64,000 bases of DNA from a bacterium (GCA_965213625.1 CBDBZU010000004.1:704001-768000); one strand, 5' to 3'. Shown: positions 14,994-24,902, counted from the stretch's first letter. Program-made: numbers and translations. Notes: generated by a model not told the origin, from the letters alone.

Positions 14994-16361
14994 TCAGGAT
15001 CCGCTTTCCGCCTGAACGCGGCGCAATGCGGTGTCGAGAACAGATGCTGCACGCTCGGCTTCCTCTTCGGTGAATACGAGCGGCGGACTGAGGGTCACGG
15101 TGTTCGAGGGTCCTGCGGCGATGCCGGCATTCTTACCGAAGATCACGCCTTGCTCTTTCGCATAGGCCAGGACCTTCGCCGTGGCCGCTGTGGAAATGGG
15201 CGAGCCGTCTTCTTCAATCAATTCCACGCCCCAGATGAGGCCCACACCTCGCACGTCGCCCACGCAGGGGATGTCCGAGAGTTTGCCCAAAAGCCCGCCG
15301 AGATAAGCACCCACCTTGGCGCCGCGCGCGGGCAACTCCTCGTCCATCATGATCTCGAGGTTCTTTAGCGAGGCAGCACAGGCGGCGGGATGTCCGCCAT
15401 AAGTGTTTATCTGCAGGAACCCCGAATCGCCCTCGGCGTTCAAGGCTTCGAATATCTCGTTTGTGGTCGCCGTCGCCCCGATGGGGAGATAGGCGCTACT
15501 CAGCCCCTTGGCCATTGTCATGATGTCCGGCTCGATTTCGTACAGATCGGAAGCGAACAACTCCCCCGTTCGCCCGAAGCCGGTGATGACCTCATCGGCG
15601 ATGAACAACACGCCGTGGTTCCGGCAAACCTCGCGCATGCGCTTCAGGTAATCCGCAGGCGGGGGGATCACCCCGCCGCCGCCGATGACGGGCTCTGCGA
15701 TGAACGCCGCCACGGTCTCGGGGTCTTCGTAGCGGATGACCTCATCCAACTCATCCGCACACCTGCCGGCGAGTTCTTCTTCCGTCTCCGCGTTGCTGCG
15801 GTAGAAATAGGGCGCGCTGACGTGAATCACGCCCGGCAGGAGCGGCTCGAACATCGCACGCCTGAGCGTTTGGCCGGTGAGACTCGCGCCCCCGATGGTC
15901 GCTCCGTGATAGCCCTGGTGCCTGGCGATGATCTTGTATCGACTCCCGCCGTTCAGTCGCCCGTAGGCGCGGGCGATCTTGATGGCGGTGTCCACGGCTT
16001 CTGAACCCGAGTTCACGAACCAGACGCGCTCGACCCCCTCAGGCAACAAGGATGCGAGGCGCTCTGCGAGCCTGGCTGCGGGAGGATTCACCTGCGTCAG
16101 CGGATAGTAGGCCAGCTCGAGCATCTGGTCGTACGCCGCCTTGGCGACCTCATCGCGCCCGTATCCGATGTTCACGCACCAAAGGCCCGCCATGGCGTCG
16201 ATGTATTCCTTGCCGGAGGCGTCCTGTATGGTCGAGCCACTGGCTTTGACCACGACATCGAGGGGATTTCCCTCAATCCCGGAATGGTTCATGAGCGGAT
16301 GCCAGACGTGCTCCTTGTCCATCGTCCGCAGGGATTCGGCTTCGGCTATGGCTGGATTCAT
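14994..16361 (-). CDS. class III PLP aminotransferase (omega-amine:pyruvate type)
   Basis: YID.MAGLWCVNIGYG, NSGSEA, YHG.T, FIADEVITGFGRTG, MAKGLSSAY.P. Confidence 0.92.
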   Translation of the reverse strand: MNPAIAEAESLRTMDKEHVWHPLMNHSGIEGNPLDVVVKASGSTIQDASGKEYIDAMAGLWCVNIGYGRDEVAKAAYDQMLELAYYPLTQVNPPAARLAERLASLLPEGVERVWFVNSGSEAVDTAIKIARAYGRLNGGSRYKIIARHQGYHGATIGGASLTGQTLRRAMFEPLLPGVIHVSAPYFYRSNAETEEELAGRCADELDEVIRYEDPETVAAFIAEPVIGGGGVIPPPADYLKRMREVCRNHGVLFIADEVITGFGRTGELFASDLYEIEPDIMTMAKGLSSAYLPIGATATTNEIFEALNAEGDSGFLQINTYGGHPAACAASLKNLEIMMDEELPARGAKVGAYLGGLLGKLSDIPCVGDVRGVGLIWGVELIEEDGSPISTAATAKVLAYAKEQGVIFGKNAGIAAGPSNTVTLSPPLVFTEEEAERAASVLDTALRRVQAESGS

Positions 16362-16455
16362 GAAGGTCCCCTCTCGGGTTTCAACGGTTCGGTATCCACT
16401 TCATCGATGCGAAAATCTTAATGCGCAAACGGGTGCGGATCAACCGCCGGAAGAA

Positions 16456-17451
16456 CTAGCCCGGCGTATATTCGGGGTCTTCGCTCTTGATTCGAAATGC
16501 CTGGCGCCCGATACCCTCGATTTCGCCCTCTATCAGGTCGTCCGGCTGGAGGTATTCTCCCCACGAGGCGGCGTTGCCGGCCGGCGAGCCGGTGCCGATG
16601 ATGTCGCCCGTCCGCAGCGTAGCGATCCCCGATAAATACGATACCTGCTCTGCGATGCGCCAGACCATGTCGCCCGTGGTGGCTTCTTGTCTCAGTTCGC
16701 CGTTCACCCAGAGCTGGAGCCTCAAATCGTGAGGGTCCAGGCCCTCTTCGGGCAGCAGGATATAGGGGCCGATGGGAGCAAATCCGTCGGGGGCCTTCAT
16801 GGCGTACCAGTCGATGAATTTGCCCATGTTGAGCGTCGTGCGATCGCTCATGTCGTTGAACAGGGTGTAGCCGCCCACGTGATCCATGGCTCTTTCCACC
16901 GGAATGTTCTTGCCGCCCTGTCCGATGAGCACGCCGAGTTCGAGTTCATAGTCGAGTTTTTCCATAGAAGGATAGACGGGTACGTCCTCATACGGGCCGC
17001 TCACGCATGTGGAGGGCTTCAGGAAACAATAGAGCGGGAGCTCTTCTTTGAAATCATCCACTTCGGTGCGCGCCATCTCGGCGGCATGGGCCACATAGTT
17101 CCTCGCCATGCAAAACAGCGTGTCCGGGACCACGGGGGGAAGTATCTCGACTTCTTCCGGTTCATAGACCACCTGCATTCCGTCGAAGCGAACCGGGTCT
17201 TTTCCGCTCTCATGCGCTTCGAGCGCTTCCAGCGCTTCAAGAGCCTCCTCGGCCAGAGGACGGTTTAACTCGAGGTCCTCGATGAACTCCTCGCAGTCAT
17301 CGGGAATTTCGGTCTCGACGCGGTCCATCGTCTCCGCCGCCGATTCTTCTTCCAGCGTCAAGGCGTAGGCCAACTTGAGATCGGCGACTTTCTCGCCGAA
17401 CAAGACACCGATGCGCGCCTCGCCCGCCAGGCTGAAAGTACAGATCCGCAT
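16456..17451 (-). CDS. fumarylacetoacetate hydrolase family protein
   Basis: RNY..H..E, F.KP, DYELELGV.IG, NDMSDR, K..DGF.PIGP, GDII.TGSP.G. Confidence 0.9.
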   Translation of the reverse strand: MRICTFSLAGEARIGVLFGEKVADLKLAYALTLEEESAAETMDRVETEIPDDCEEFIEDLELNRPLAEEALEALEALEAHESGKDPVRFDGMQVVYEPEEVEILPPVVPDTLFCMARNYVAHAAEMARTEVDDFKEELPLYCFLKPSTCVSGPYEDVPVYPSMEKLDYELELGVLIGQGGKNIPVERAMDHVGGYTLFNDMSDRTTLNMGKFIDWYAMKAPDGFAPIGPYILLPEEGLDPHDLRLQLWVNGELRQEATTGDMVWRIAEQVSYLSGIATLRTGDIIGTGSPAGNAASWGEYLQPDDLIEGEIEGIGRQAFRIKSEDPEYTPG

Positions 17452-17588
17452 GAGGATGAGCCTCCGGTTTCAAGTCAGCGACAAAGGGAATCCTACCACA
17501 GAGGAGTGGGCGATGCCGCACCACTCGTGTAACAACGTCCCGAGAAGTAAAGCTGAACCCAAACCCCAATGGTGCGGTCTGAATCGTC

Positions 17589-18458
17589 TTATTCAGCACT
17601 CCGGTGTCGGCCAAGAAAATCGAGAATCAGCCCCCTCGCCCTCTTGTTACGCGAGAGGTTGTGCGCCCGGCCTTCGAAGAGGTGAAACACCATGTTCGCA
17701 CCCCGTCTCCTGGCTTTTCGCAGGCAACTATCGGCTGGTCTGTTCCGCCGCCACGGGTCGTCCGCTGAGTACAGGGCGAGGATGGGCGTCCCGCGTGGCG
17801 AGCGAACACCGCGCCAGCATACGGAACCACTGATGATGTGGGCCTTGAAATCATCCCCCTCGTAGGCGGCGGCCGCAGTGCCGCCCTGGCTATGTCCCAT
17901 CAGGAAGAGGTTTTTCTTGTCCACCCACCGAATGCGCCGGACCCGGTACGCCGCGTGGTGAATCTCCTCCTGCCGCATCTGGTTCACCCGCCTGTGAGGC
18001 GCTCCTTTTATCCCCCGGCGCCGGGAAGGATCGCAGGTTTCCGGCCGGTATCGGCGGGCGAAGCTATCGGGCGCGATGACGGCGTACCCCGCCCGCGCCA
18101 GCAATCGCATATAACGTAAATTCCCGCGCCCAAGCCCCGAACAACCGTGTGAAAAAACGACGGTGGGGCGTTTTTTCTGAAGACTTGCGAGATTTCGCTG
18201 AATGAATTCGTCGCTCATCCTGCCTTCGATCAACTCGCCATTTATCTCGTTCATGAAATAGGCGGAATCGAAAGTGCGCCCCGCCTCATCGAACAAATCG
18301 ATGGTTTTCGGGTTCAGTCTTTCGAGCGCTTGAGCGCCAAAGAGCCCATTTCCCCCAAAAAGAAGAAAACAAACCACCGCCAGGATGAAACCAGGATGCC
18401 GCATGGATGACAAACCGGAGGCTCCGCTTTTCATAAGCCCCCTAGACCACGCCCTCAT
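17589..18458 (-). CDS. secreted dienelactone hydrolase-like alpha/beta hydrolase (start likely ~18404)
   Basis: HGCSG, GY.VIAPDS, GHSQGG, DPW, H; signal-like segment. Confidence 0.75.
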   Translation of the reverse strand: MRAWSRGLMKSGASGLSSMRHPGFILAVVCFLLFGGNGLFGAQALERLNPKTIDLFDEAGRTFDSAYFMNEINGELIEGRMSDEFIQRNLASLQKKRPTVVFSHGCSGLGRGNLRYMRLLARAGYAVIAPDSFARRYRPETCDPSRRRGIKGAPHRRVNQMRQEEIHHAAYRVRRIRWVDKKNLFLMGHSQGGTAAAAYEGDDFKAHIISGSVCWRGVRSPRGTPILALYSADDPWRRNRPADSCLRKARRRGANMVFHLFEGRAHNLSRNKRARGLILDFLGRHRSAE

Positions 18459-19677
18459 CTTCGAATTCTTTCAGCTCTGCTTCCGACACGCCGAGCAGGT
18501 CGCCCAGTATTTCCGCGTTGTGCTGGCCCACGAGCGGGGCGGGAGCGGCGTAGCCGCCTTTCATTTCGCTGAACTTGAAGGGGAAGCCGGGGGCTTTCGC
18601 GCCCTCCAGCCTCCCGATGGTGGGGTGTTCGAGGTCGACTATCATCCCGCGCTCCTGCATGTGAGGCCAGGCGAGAATGTCGTCGATGTTGTTCACCGGT
18701 CCGCAGATGACGTCGTGCTCGCGCAACCAGGAGACCGCTTCTTTCGTTTCGCGCCGCTTCGTCCATTCGGTGATGGTGGCATCGACTTCCGCGACTCTGC
18801 TCACGCGCCGGCTCATGTCCTCATATCGTTCATCGCCGATCAAATCTGCGCGCTCGATACCGCGCAGAATATTATGCCAGTGCGCGTTGGTGCCCGAGGC
18901 GATGATGACCCAGCCGTCTTTCGTCTCATAAGCGTTGAACGGCGCAAGCCGCATGATGCGGTTGCCGATGCGCGGCGGGAGCCCCAGTTGCTCGTAGCAA
19001 TCCATCGGTTCATCGAATATGAGCGAAAAGATGCAATCGATCATCGATATGTCGACCTGCTGACCCATACCGGTGCGCTCGCGGTGAAAGAGCGCCGTCA
19101 TGATGGCGCCGAACGCGAACGTGCCGCCAACGCTGTCGCCAAGGGCCGAACCCGCCTTGGTGGGCGGGCCGTCTGGAAACCCCGTTAAGTTCATGAGGCC
19201 AGAGGCCGCCTGCGAGACGGCGTCGTAGCCCTTTAGCTTAGAGTCCGGCCCCGTCTGGCCGTAGCCCGTGATGGAGCAGTAGACCAACGAGGGTTTTCTC
19301 GCGTGTAGCGTCTCGTAGTCGATCTTGAGCCTTTTCGTGACACCGACGGAGAAATTCTCCACCAGGATGTCGGATCGGTCGACGAGTCCGTAGAACATCT
19401 CGAGACCCCGGGGGTCCTTGATGTTCAAGGTAATCGCCTTTTTCGCGCGCGTACGCTTGAGGTAGGCCATTCCCAGGTCCTCATCCGTCTGGGGATGGTA
19501 GGAGACGCCCTTCTCGCCGATATAGGGAGGCGAGTAGGCCACTGGGTCGCCCGTGGCCGGATTGTCAATACGGATGACCTCGGCCCCCAGCCCCGCCAGG
19601 AAAAGCGTGGCCTGTGGGCCTGAGAGAAACTGCGTCAGGTCCAGGACGCGGATGCCTTCGAGTGGCTTCGTCATCAA
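18442..19677 (-). CDS. CoA-transferase family III (CaiB/BaiF)
   Basis: PLEGIRVLDLTQFLSGP, LGAEVI, DILVENF, ITGYGQTGP, GYD, APLVGQHN. Confidence 0.93.
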   Translation of the reverse strand: MMTKPLEGIRVLDLTQFLSGPQATLFLAGLGAEVIRIDNPATGDPVAYSPPYIGEKGVSYHPQTDEDLGMAYLKRTRAKKAITLNIKDPRGLEMFYGLVDRSDILVENFSVGVTKRLKIDYETLHARKPSLVYCSITGYGQTGPDSKLKGYDAVSQAASGLMNLTGFPDGPPTKAGSALGDSVGGTFAFGAIMTALFHRERTGMGQQVDISMIDCIFSLIFDEPMDCYEQLGLPPRIGNRIMRLAPFNAYETKDGWVIIASGTNAHWHNILRGIERADLIGDERYEDMSRRVSRVAEVDATITEWTKRRETKEAVSWLREHDVICGPVNNIDDILAWPHMQERGMIVDLEHPTIGRLEGAKAPGFPFKFSEMKGGYAAPAPLVGQHNAEILGDLLGVSEAELKEFEDEGVV

Positions 19678-19685
19678 AAGCCGAA

Positions 19686-20228
19686 CTAGCTTCCGAGTAG
19701 AACTTTCACCGCCTGGCGAGCCGCATCGCCTGCGCGCGCGGAGATTTCCTCATCAGACAGCGTGCTCAGGGGGTGTTGGATGACCACGGGGTCGAGGCCG
19801 TTCATGCCTAAGGCCGCTCTTTGCACGTGGGCCTCATGCAGGAATACCTCGGTCACGACGACTGCCGTGGGCACGCCTTTTTCTTCCAGGGAGATCGCAT
19901 CGTGCATACAGCACGAAGTGCAGGAGCCTCAGTCGCCGATAGCCGTCAGGACGACGTCGTTCTCCTCCGCAATTTTGGCGATCAACTCAGGCGCCGCATT
20001 TTTGGAAAAGCTCTCTTTCTTGTAGTAATGAACCTCGGCGAAGGGGCCTTCCGCCTCCATCAGCGCCGTGGTCTTCTCGAGCAGCCTGCGCCCGTTCCAC
20101 TTCGTGTTGTCCAGGACCCCGAGTTTCAAGCCCTTCAAATCCCGGGCGCGCTGCGCAGTGGGCTGGGCCTCGGCCTCGACTACCCCCCTGGGGTCATAGA
20201 CGACCTGGCCTGTGATGACGTCGCTCAT
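19686..20228 (-). CDS. UGSC-family selenoprotein (TGA 19929-19931 read as Sec), 180 aa
   Basis: GGC GAC TGA GGC TCC TGC ACT TCG TGC TGT ATG CAC GAT = G-D-U-G-S-C-T-S-C-C-M-H-D; LDNTK.N in the N-half; AGGAGG RBS; the two ORF halves are in frame. Confidence 0.9.
19897..19921 (-). promoter_or_regulatory. candidate SECIS hairpin
   Basis: GCA-CT-TCGTGC-TGTAT-GCACGA-TGC; upper stem at +13..+29, loop G at +20. Confidence 0.65.
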
Positions 20229-20255
20229 TGGTTTCCTCCTGTTTATTCTCAAATT

Positions 20256-21350
20256 CTAAAGCAGACAGGTGCCGTCCACGCAGACGGGGCCGCCCTCGAG
20301 CGCTTTCCCGTCTATCGCACGCAGCACCGGATTCGTCATGTGGCCCCAGCCTGGTATGAAGGCCGAAAAACGGCCCGCATCCCCACCCGCCACGAACAGG
20401 TGGATGTTCTCGGGACTGGGAACGATGGGGATTCTTTCCTCCGGTTCGCGCCTGTACCACTTGGGGACGTTGCGGTTGTAGACCTTCCCGTAGCGGTGGT
20501 TGAACGAGATATCGGCGAACGTGTTCTTGGTGTGCATCCACAGATAGCTTTTCACGTCGTTTCGCGTCCAGTTCTTCGCGCTGATGGTCGCCCCATGCTC
20601 GGGGCTGATGATGACGGCACAAGAACCGCTGCTCACCGAATTGTTGTGCGCGATCGTGCTCATTGCCGAGCAGATGCTGTCGAGAATGCCCTCGGGGTCG
20701 TCCGAGATATGGTTCGTCACGCTGTGAGGCGCTTCCGCTGCGATGGCGAAGACCGTGGAATCCTCGGGCGCGTAGCCCTGTTCCACATGATAGGGCGCCC
20801 AAGGGCTGGCCTCTTCGTTCTCCGCAATGCAGTATGTGTATTTCGTGGGGCAGCCGAGCGTGCTCTTGTCCAAATCGCCCGGCCACGCGCCACCCACGTT
20901 TAAGAGCATCATCCGCACCGCGCGGCCGATCGTCGCATTCGCGCGGTTGCCCGAGCCAAACACGTTGCACCCTGAGTTCATGCCGATCTCGTTTCGAACC
21001 GGCCCGTTCACCACGATGAGCGGACACGCCATGTGGGTGGTGGCCTGCACGCCGTTCAGGTTGAAGTGGGAGTCGCAAAGCGCCAGCATCGCAGCGCGGA
21101 CGACGGGCGCGTACTCCGCCTTGCAGCCCGCCATCACCATGTTCACCGCCAGGACCTCTCTCGTGAGGTTGCCCCAGCGCGGGGGAACGCGGCATTCGAT
21201 GAGGTCTTTGTCTCCTCCCAAGGCCGCGACGGCGGCGTCTATCTTCTCCGGCGTCGGCGGTACGACGGGAAGCCCGTCCGAAAAGCCATGCTCGTAGTAG
21301 TACTCCACCAAGTCGACTTCCTGGTCCACTATATGTGTCGTCTGCGACAT
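20256..21350 (-). CDS. UGSC-associated conserved protein (DGLPVVPPT family) with C-terminal CVDGTC
   Basis: DGLPVVPPT, AVN.VMAGC..EY.P, QATT, NGP, RANATIGRA, ENEEASPW. Confidence 0.8.
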   Translation of the reverse strand: MSQTTHIVDQEVDLVEYYYEHGFSDGLPVVPPTPEKIDAAVAALGGDKDLIECRVPPRWGNLTREVLAVNMVMAGCKAEYAPVVRAAMLALCDSHFNLNGVQATTHMACPLIVVNGPVRNEIGMNSGCNVFGSGNRANATIGRAVRMMLLNVGGAWPGDLDKSTLGCPTKYTYCIAENEEASPWAPYHVEQGYAPEDSTVFAIAAEAPHSVTNHISDDPEGILDSICSAMSTIAHNNSVSSGSCAVIISPEHGATISAKNWTRNDVKSYLWMHTKNTFADISFNHRYGKVYNRNVPKWYRREPEERIPIVPSPENIHLFVAGGDAGRFSAFIPGWGHMTNPVLRAIDGKALEGGPVCVDGTCLL

Positions 21351-21534
21351 GCCGAATCACTCCTGCTCGTTGAGCCTGAAAAATCCATCATAAACCGATT
21401 TTCGTAAAAGAAAAAGACGGGAGGGGGGTGGATAACATTCGTAAAAATAATTTTTTCAGGAAACCATCTTGCTTTCTTATGGATAAGACACTATCTTTTC
21501 TATAGATGACCGCTCAAGCATCATAGCTTTCCTC

Positions 21535-21744
21535 TTGATGTCGAATATGACCAATCGCAAAAATGACGAAACAAAACAATACGAAGATTTAAAAAAAGAC
21601 AAGGGGAAAAACCCCCATGCCGTAGCTCTCGGTCGAATGGGAGGCCTTAAAGGCGGCAAAGCGAGAGCTGAAAAGCTTACAGCCTATGAACGAACCGAAA
21701 TCGCAAAAAAAGCGGCTAACGCCAGATGGAGCAAGAATAAATGA
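21535..21744 (+). CDS. small basic KGG-motif protein
   Basis: KNPHAVALGRMGGLKGGKARAEKL...AKKAANARW; stop overlaps the next ATG (ATGA). Confidence 0.75.
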   Translation: MMSNMTNRKNDETKQYEDLKKDKGKNPHAVALGRMGGLKGGKARAEKLTAYERTEIAKKAANARWSKNK

Positions 21745-23027
21745 CTGCTGAAATCACAGTGATGAACAAGTCTGCTGTTGCCCTTGCTGCTGACAGCGCA
21801 GTTACACTTGGCCCGCCTGGAAACGGAAAAATATATGACACTGTAAACAAGGTCTTTTCTCTTAGTAAATTTCACCCCGTGGGTATAATGATTTATGGGA
21901 ACGCGGAGTTTATGAGAATACCTTGGGAAACCATCATTTAGATATACAGAGATGAACTAGGCGAACAATCATTCGCGACTGTGAAAGAATACTCTGATGA
22001 TTTTCTAAACTGGATCCTCAAAGACAAGTTTTGCTCTGAAGAACAACAAAAAGAAAACGTTTCCTTAATACTTATAACAATGTTCGGCAATATCTATGAA
22101 CGCTACCGAAGAGAATTATTTCATACCATAGAAACAAACGAAAAAGTCTCAATACAAAAAAAGCGTGCAATTCTGGACAAAACCCTGGAGAATTTTCTCA
22201 AAAACTTAAAATCAAAAAAAAGTTCAAATGTCCCAAGTTACAAAATTATGGAAAATTACGGAGAGCAGTTGAATAATGCGTTAGATATTTTTCAAGAAAT
22301 TAACCCTACGAAATCCTTAATTAACAAGTTTCGTACTTATGCCCGGCTACTGCTGACGAAAGATTATTTTTCGCCTCGCTCTTCCGGAATCGTTATTACA
22401 GGGTTTGGTGAAGACGAAATATTTCCCTCGTTTATTGAAACCCAAGTTGATGGCGTAATCAACGGAAAATTGAAATGGGAAGAAATTACTAGTGTAGACA
22501 TTGCTCGATCAGAATCAAATGCCTTCCTGAAGCCGAGCGCTCAACGAGAGATGGTTGACCGATTTATGGAAGGCGTAGATGAAGAGTATTCTAAGTATAT
22601 CCTATATTCAATCGAAGAACTTTTACGCAATTACGGTACAGAAATAATTAAAGCACACGAAAAAAATACCAGGAAAGCTCGACAAAAAATCGAAGGTTTG
22701 GATGCAACTATACAAAAGCAACTAGAAAGATTTCATGAAGCCGCAAATAAATACAGGTATGAACGATTTGTTGATCCTATCCTATCCGTCATCGTATCAT
22801 TGCCAAAAGATGAACTCGCTAATCTAGCAGAAGCATTGGTTAATCTGACATCTATAAAAAGACGGTTTTCGGAAGAACAAGAAACTGTCGGCGGTCCTAT
22901 TGATGTTGCTGTAATAACCAAAGGAGATGGATTTGTTTGGATTAAAAGAAAACATTACTTTTCGGCTGAATTAAACCCTCATTTCATCAATAGTTACCTT
23001 GAGCCCAAAGTAAGGACAGCCCAATGA
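21741..23027 (+). pseudogene. proteasome-beta/HslV-like Ntn hydrolase interrupted by one in-frame TAG (21939-21941)
   Basis: ORFs 21741..21941 and 21981..23027 share a frame; M-T-AEI...AADS..T...NKVF N-terminus and TVGGPIDVAVITK C-terminus. Confidence 0.7.
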
Positions 23028-23209
23028 ATAAAAAATCTCCGTCGAATGTCAATGATATGTCGAACATCGAACCAGGAGCTAATCAGCCTACCAAAGATCA
23101 TGTAATACCCAGTTGCCATGAATTTAATGTCAAAGAAAGAGCAATAAAAGATGTAAGAGAATCATTCAAAACACTAAGAAAATCTTTCAGAGAACAAATG
23201 GCAAAATAA
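23024..23209 (+). CDS. small hypothetical protein
   Basis: ATGA overlap with the upstream stop; AAGGA RBS; same AT-rich island. Confidence 0.5.
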   Translation: MNKKSPSNVNDMSNIEPGANQPTKDHVIPSCHEFNVKERAIKDVRESFKTLRKSFREQMAK

Positions 23210-23269
23210 GCTGATACTCTTAGGTTTTGAAAAAATTACCAGTAAATATTAGGCCAAGTAACACTCACT

Positions 23270-24016
23270 TCACACATCCGGGAAAAGCGTTTCCCCGTCC
23301 TTGAGCGCGCCTTCTACCTGCTCGGGGGTGAGGCCCTTGACGCCTGAGAGATCGACGCCCCGGATGTCGGCGAGTTCCAGGTCGGCGTCGTCCAAGAGCG
23401 CGCCGGTGAGGTTCGCGCCCCCGAGCTTCGTCCGCTGAAGCGAGGCGCCGCGCAGGTCGGCGCCGCCGAGATCGGCGTTCGTCAAATCCGCGAACTTGAG
23501 ACCGGCGGACATCATGTTCGCCCCGACCATGCGCGCGCCTGTCAGATTCGCCCCCTCGAGGCTGGACTGGAACAGATCGGCCCTTTCGAGATTGGCGCCT
23601 GTGAGATCCGCCCCATCGAGGTTCGCCCATTGCGCGTTGGCGCCCGCGAGACGCGCATCGCGCAAATCCGCTTTGGAGAGATTCACCATGAAAAGGCTGA
23701 TCGCCTCGAGATTCGCGCCCGCAAAGTCGGCGCACTCACCGCGCGCGCCCGAACTCTGGAGCCACTTGCCGTGGGCTTCGATTTTTTCGGCGAACAGGGC
23801 TTCCTGCTCCGCCTGATCCGGCGCCATGGGCAGGCCGAATCCGCCGCTTGCTCGGGGCGGGCTACCACCGGAGGGGGGGTCGTGTTTTTGCGTGAACCAG
23901 CCGAAAATCTTCTTGAGGATGGCGCACCTCGCTTTCCGAATATCAAGACCGTCCGGTTCGATGAGCAAAGAGTATGAAACCGGTTTTTCTTGCCTCAAGG
24001 CCAAGCCGTTTGTCAA
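23270..24016 (-). CDS. pentapeptide repeat protein (start uncertain)
   Basis: Many A(D/N)LxG repeats following H.KWL.S.G..G..AD. Confidence 0.85.
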   Translation of the reverse strand: MTNGLALRQEKPVSYSLLIEPDGLDIRKARCAILKKIFGWFTQKHDPPSGGSPPRASGGFGLPMAPDQAEQEALFAEKIEAHGKWLQSSGARGECADFAGANLEAISLFMVNLSKADLRDARLAGANAQWANLDGADLTGANLERADLFQSSLEGANLTGARMVGANMMSAGLKFADLTNADLGGADLRGASLQRTKLGGANLTGALLDDADLELADIRGVDLSGVKGLTPEQVEGALKDGETLFPDV

Positions 24017-24092
24017 TACGGCGGCTGCTCTGGACGAATTCCAAAAGCTTGGGGAGACGACTCATCACCCCGAAAAGGTGGGATGAGCGTCT

Positions 24093-24902
24093 CTATTCCG
24101 GCGGCAGGGAGGCCAAAAACTCATGGCAGATGCGCGCGAACGCATCCGCCCGCTCGATGAGCGCCACGTGGCCCGTACCCTCCATGATGATGAGTCTGGA
24201 ACCCTCGATGCGCTCGTGGATTTCCTTCGCGTGGTGGGGGTCGACGATCAGATCGCGATCCGAACAGGTGATGAGCGTGGGGACTCGTATCTGGTGGAGA
24301 CGCTCGAGGGTGTCTCCCTCCAGACAGGCGCGCAGTTGCCCCTCCCAGCCCAGGTCGACGCCCGATTGCTCGGTGAGCCACTGTCTTTTTTGCTCCATTA
24401 CCTCGGCGTTCGCGTCGTAGTATTCGTGGGAGTAAAGCCCCAGGAGGCTGAGTTCCACGAGCGCCTCGCGTTCGCCGCGTTCGGCGAGGTGCATGCGGGC
24501 GCGCTGAAAAGAACCCAGGCGCGCGCAGTTTCTCGCCCAGGTGTGGTGGAGCCCCAGGCTCACGACGCGCTCGGGGTGGCGAAGGGTGAGCTCGGTGGAA
24601 ATGTGTCCGCCCATGGAAAAACCCATCACATGGGCGCGCTCCACGCCCGCGGCGTACAGAACGCCCGCGGCGTCGTCCGCCATGTCCGCCAGTGAATACC
24701 CCGGAGCGGGCGCCGTGCTCCTGCCCACCCCCCGGTTGTCGAAGACGATGCAGCGATAATCCGTACTCAATAAGGGCAGTTGCGCCGACCAGAAGGTGTG
24801 GTCATGGCCCGTTCCGCTCACGAGCAGCAGGGGAGGCCCCTTGCCTTGAGTCTCATGGAAAATCTCAACGCCTGAAGGCAGCGTCACGAACGGCATGAGC
24901 AC
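24093..24902 (-). CDS. alpha/beta hydrolase
   Basis: FDNRGVGRS, GFSMGG, DRD, TGH. Confidence 0.88.
   Translation of the reverse strand: MLMPFVTLPSGVEIFHETQGKGPPLLLVSGTGHDHTFWSAQLPLLSTDYRCIVFDNRGVGRSTAPAPGYSLADMADDAAGVLYAAGVERAHVMGFSMGGHISTELTLRHPERVVSLGLHHTWARNCARLGSFQRARMHLAERGEREALVELSLLGLYSHEYYDANAEVMEQKRQWLTEQSGVDLGWEGQLRACLEGDTLERLHQIRVPTLITCSDRDLIVDPHHAKEIHERIEGSRLIIMEGTGHVALIERADAFARICHEFLASLPPE

Noticed and set aside
21939-21941. Pyrrolysine read-through of the TAG
   Set aside because: There are no pyl genes or methylamine methyltransferase context in the window; an AAG-to-TAG change or a sequencing error is simpler.
23270-23740. Periodic 15-nt DNA repeats
   Set aside because: Explained by pentapeptide-repeat coding; not a CRISPR or non-coding array.
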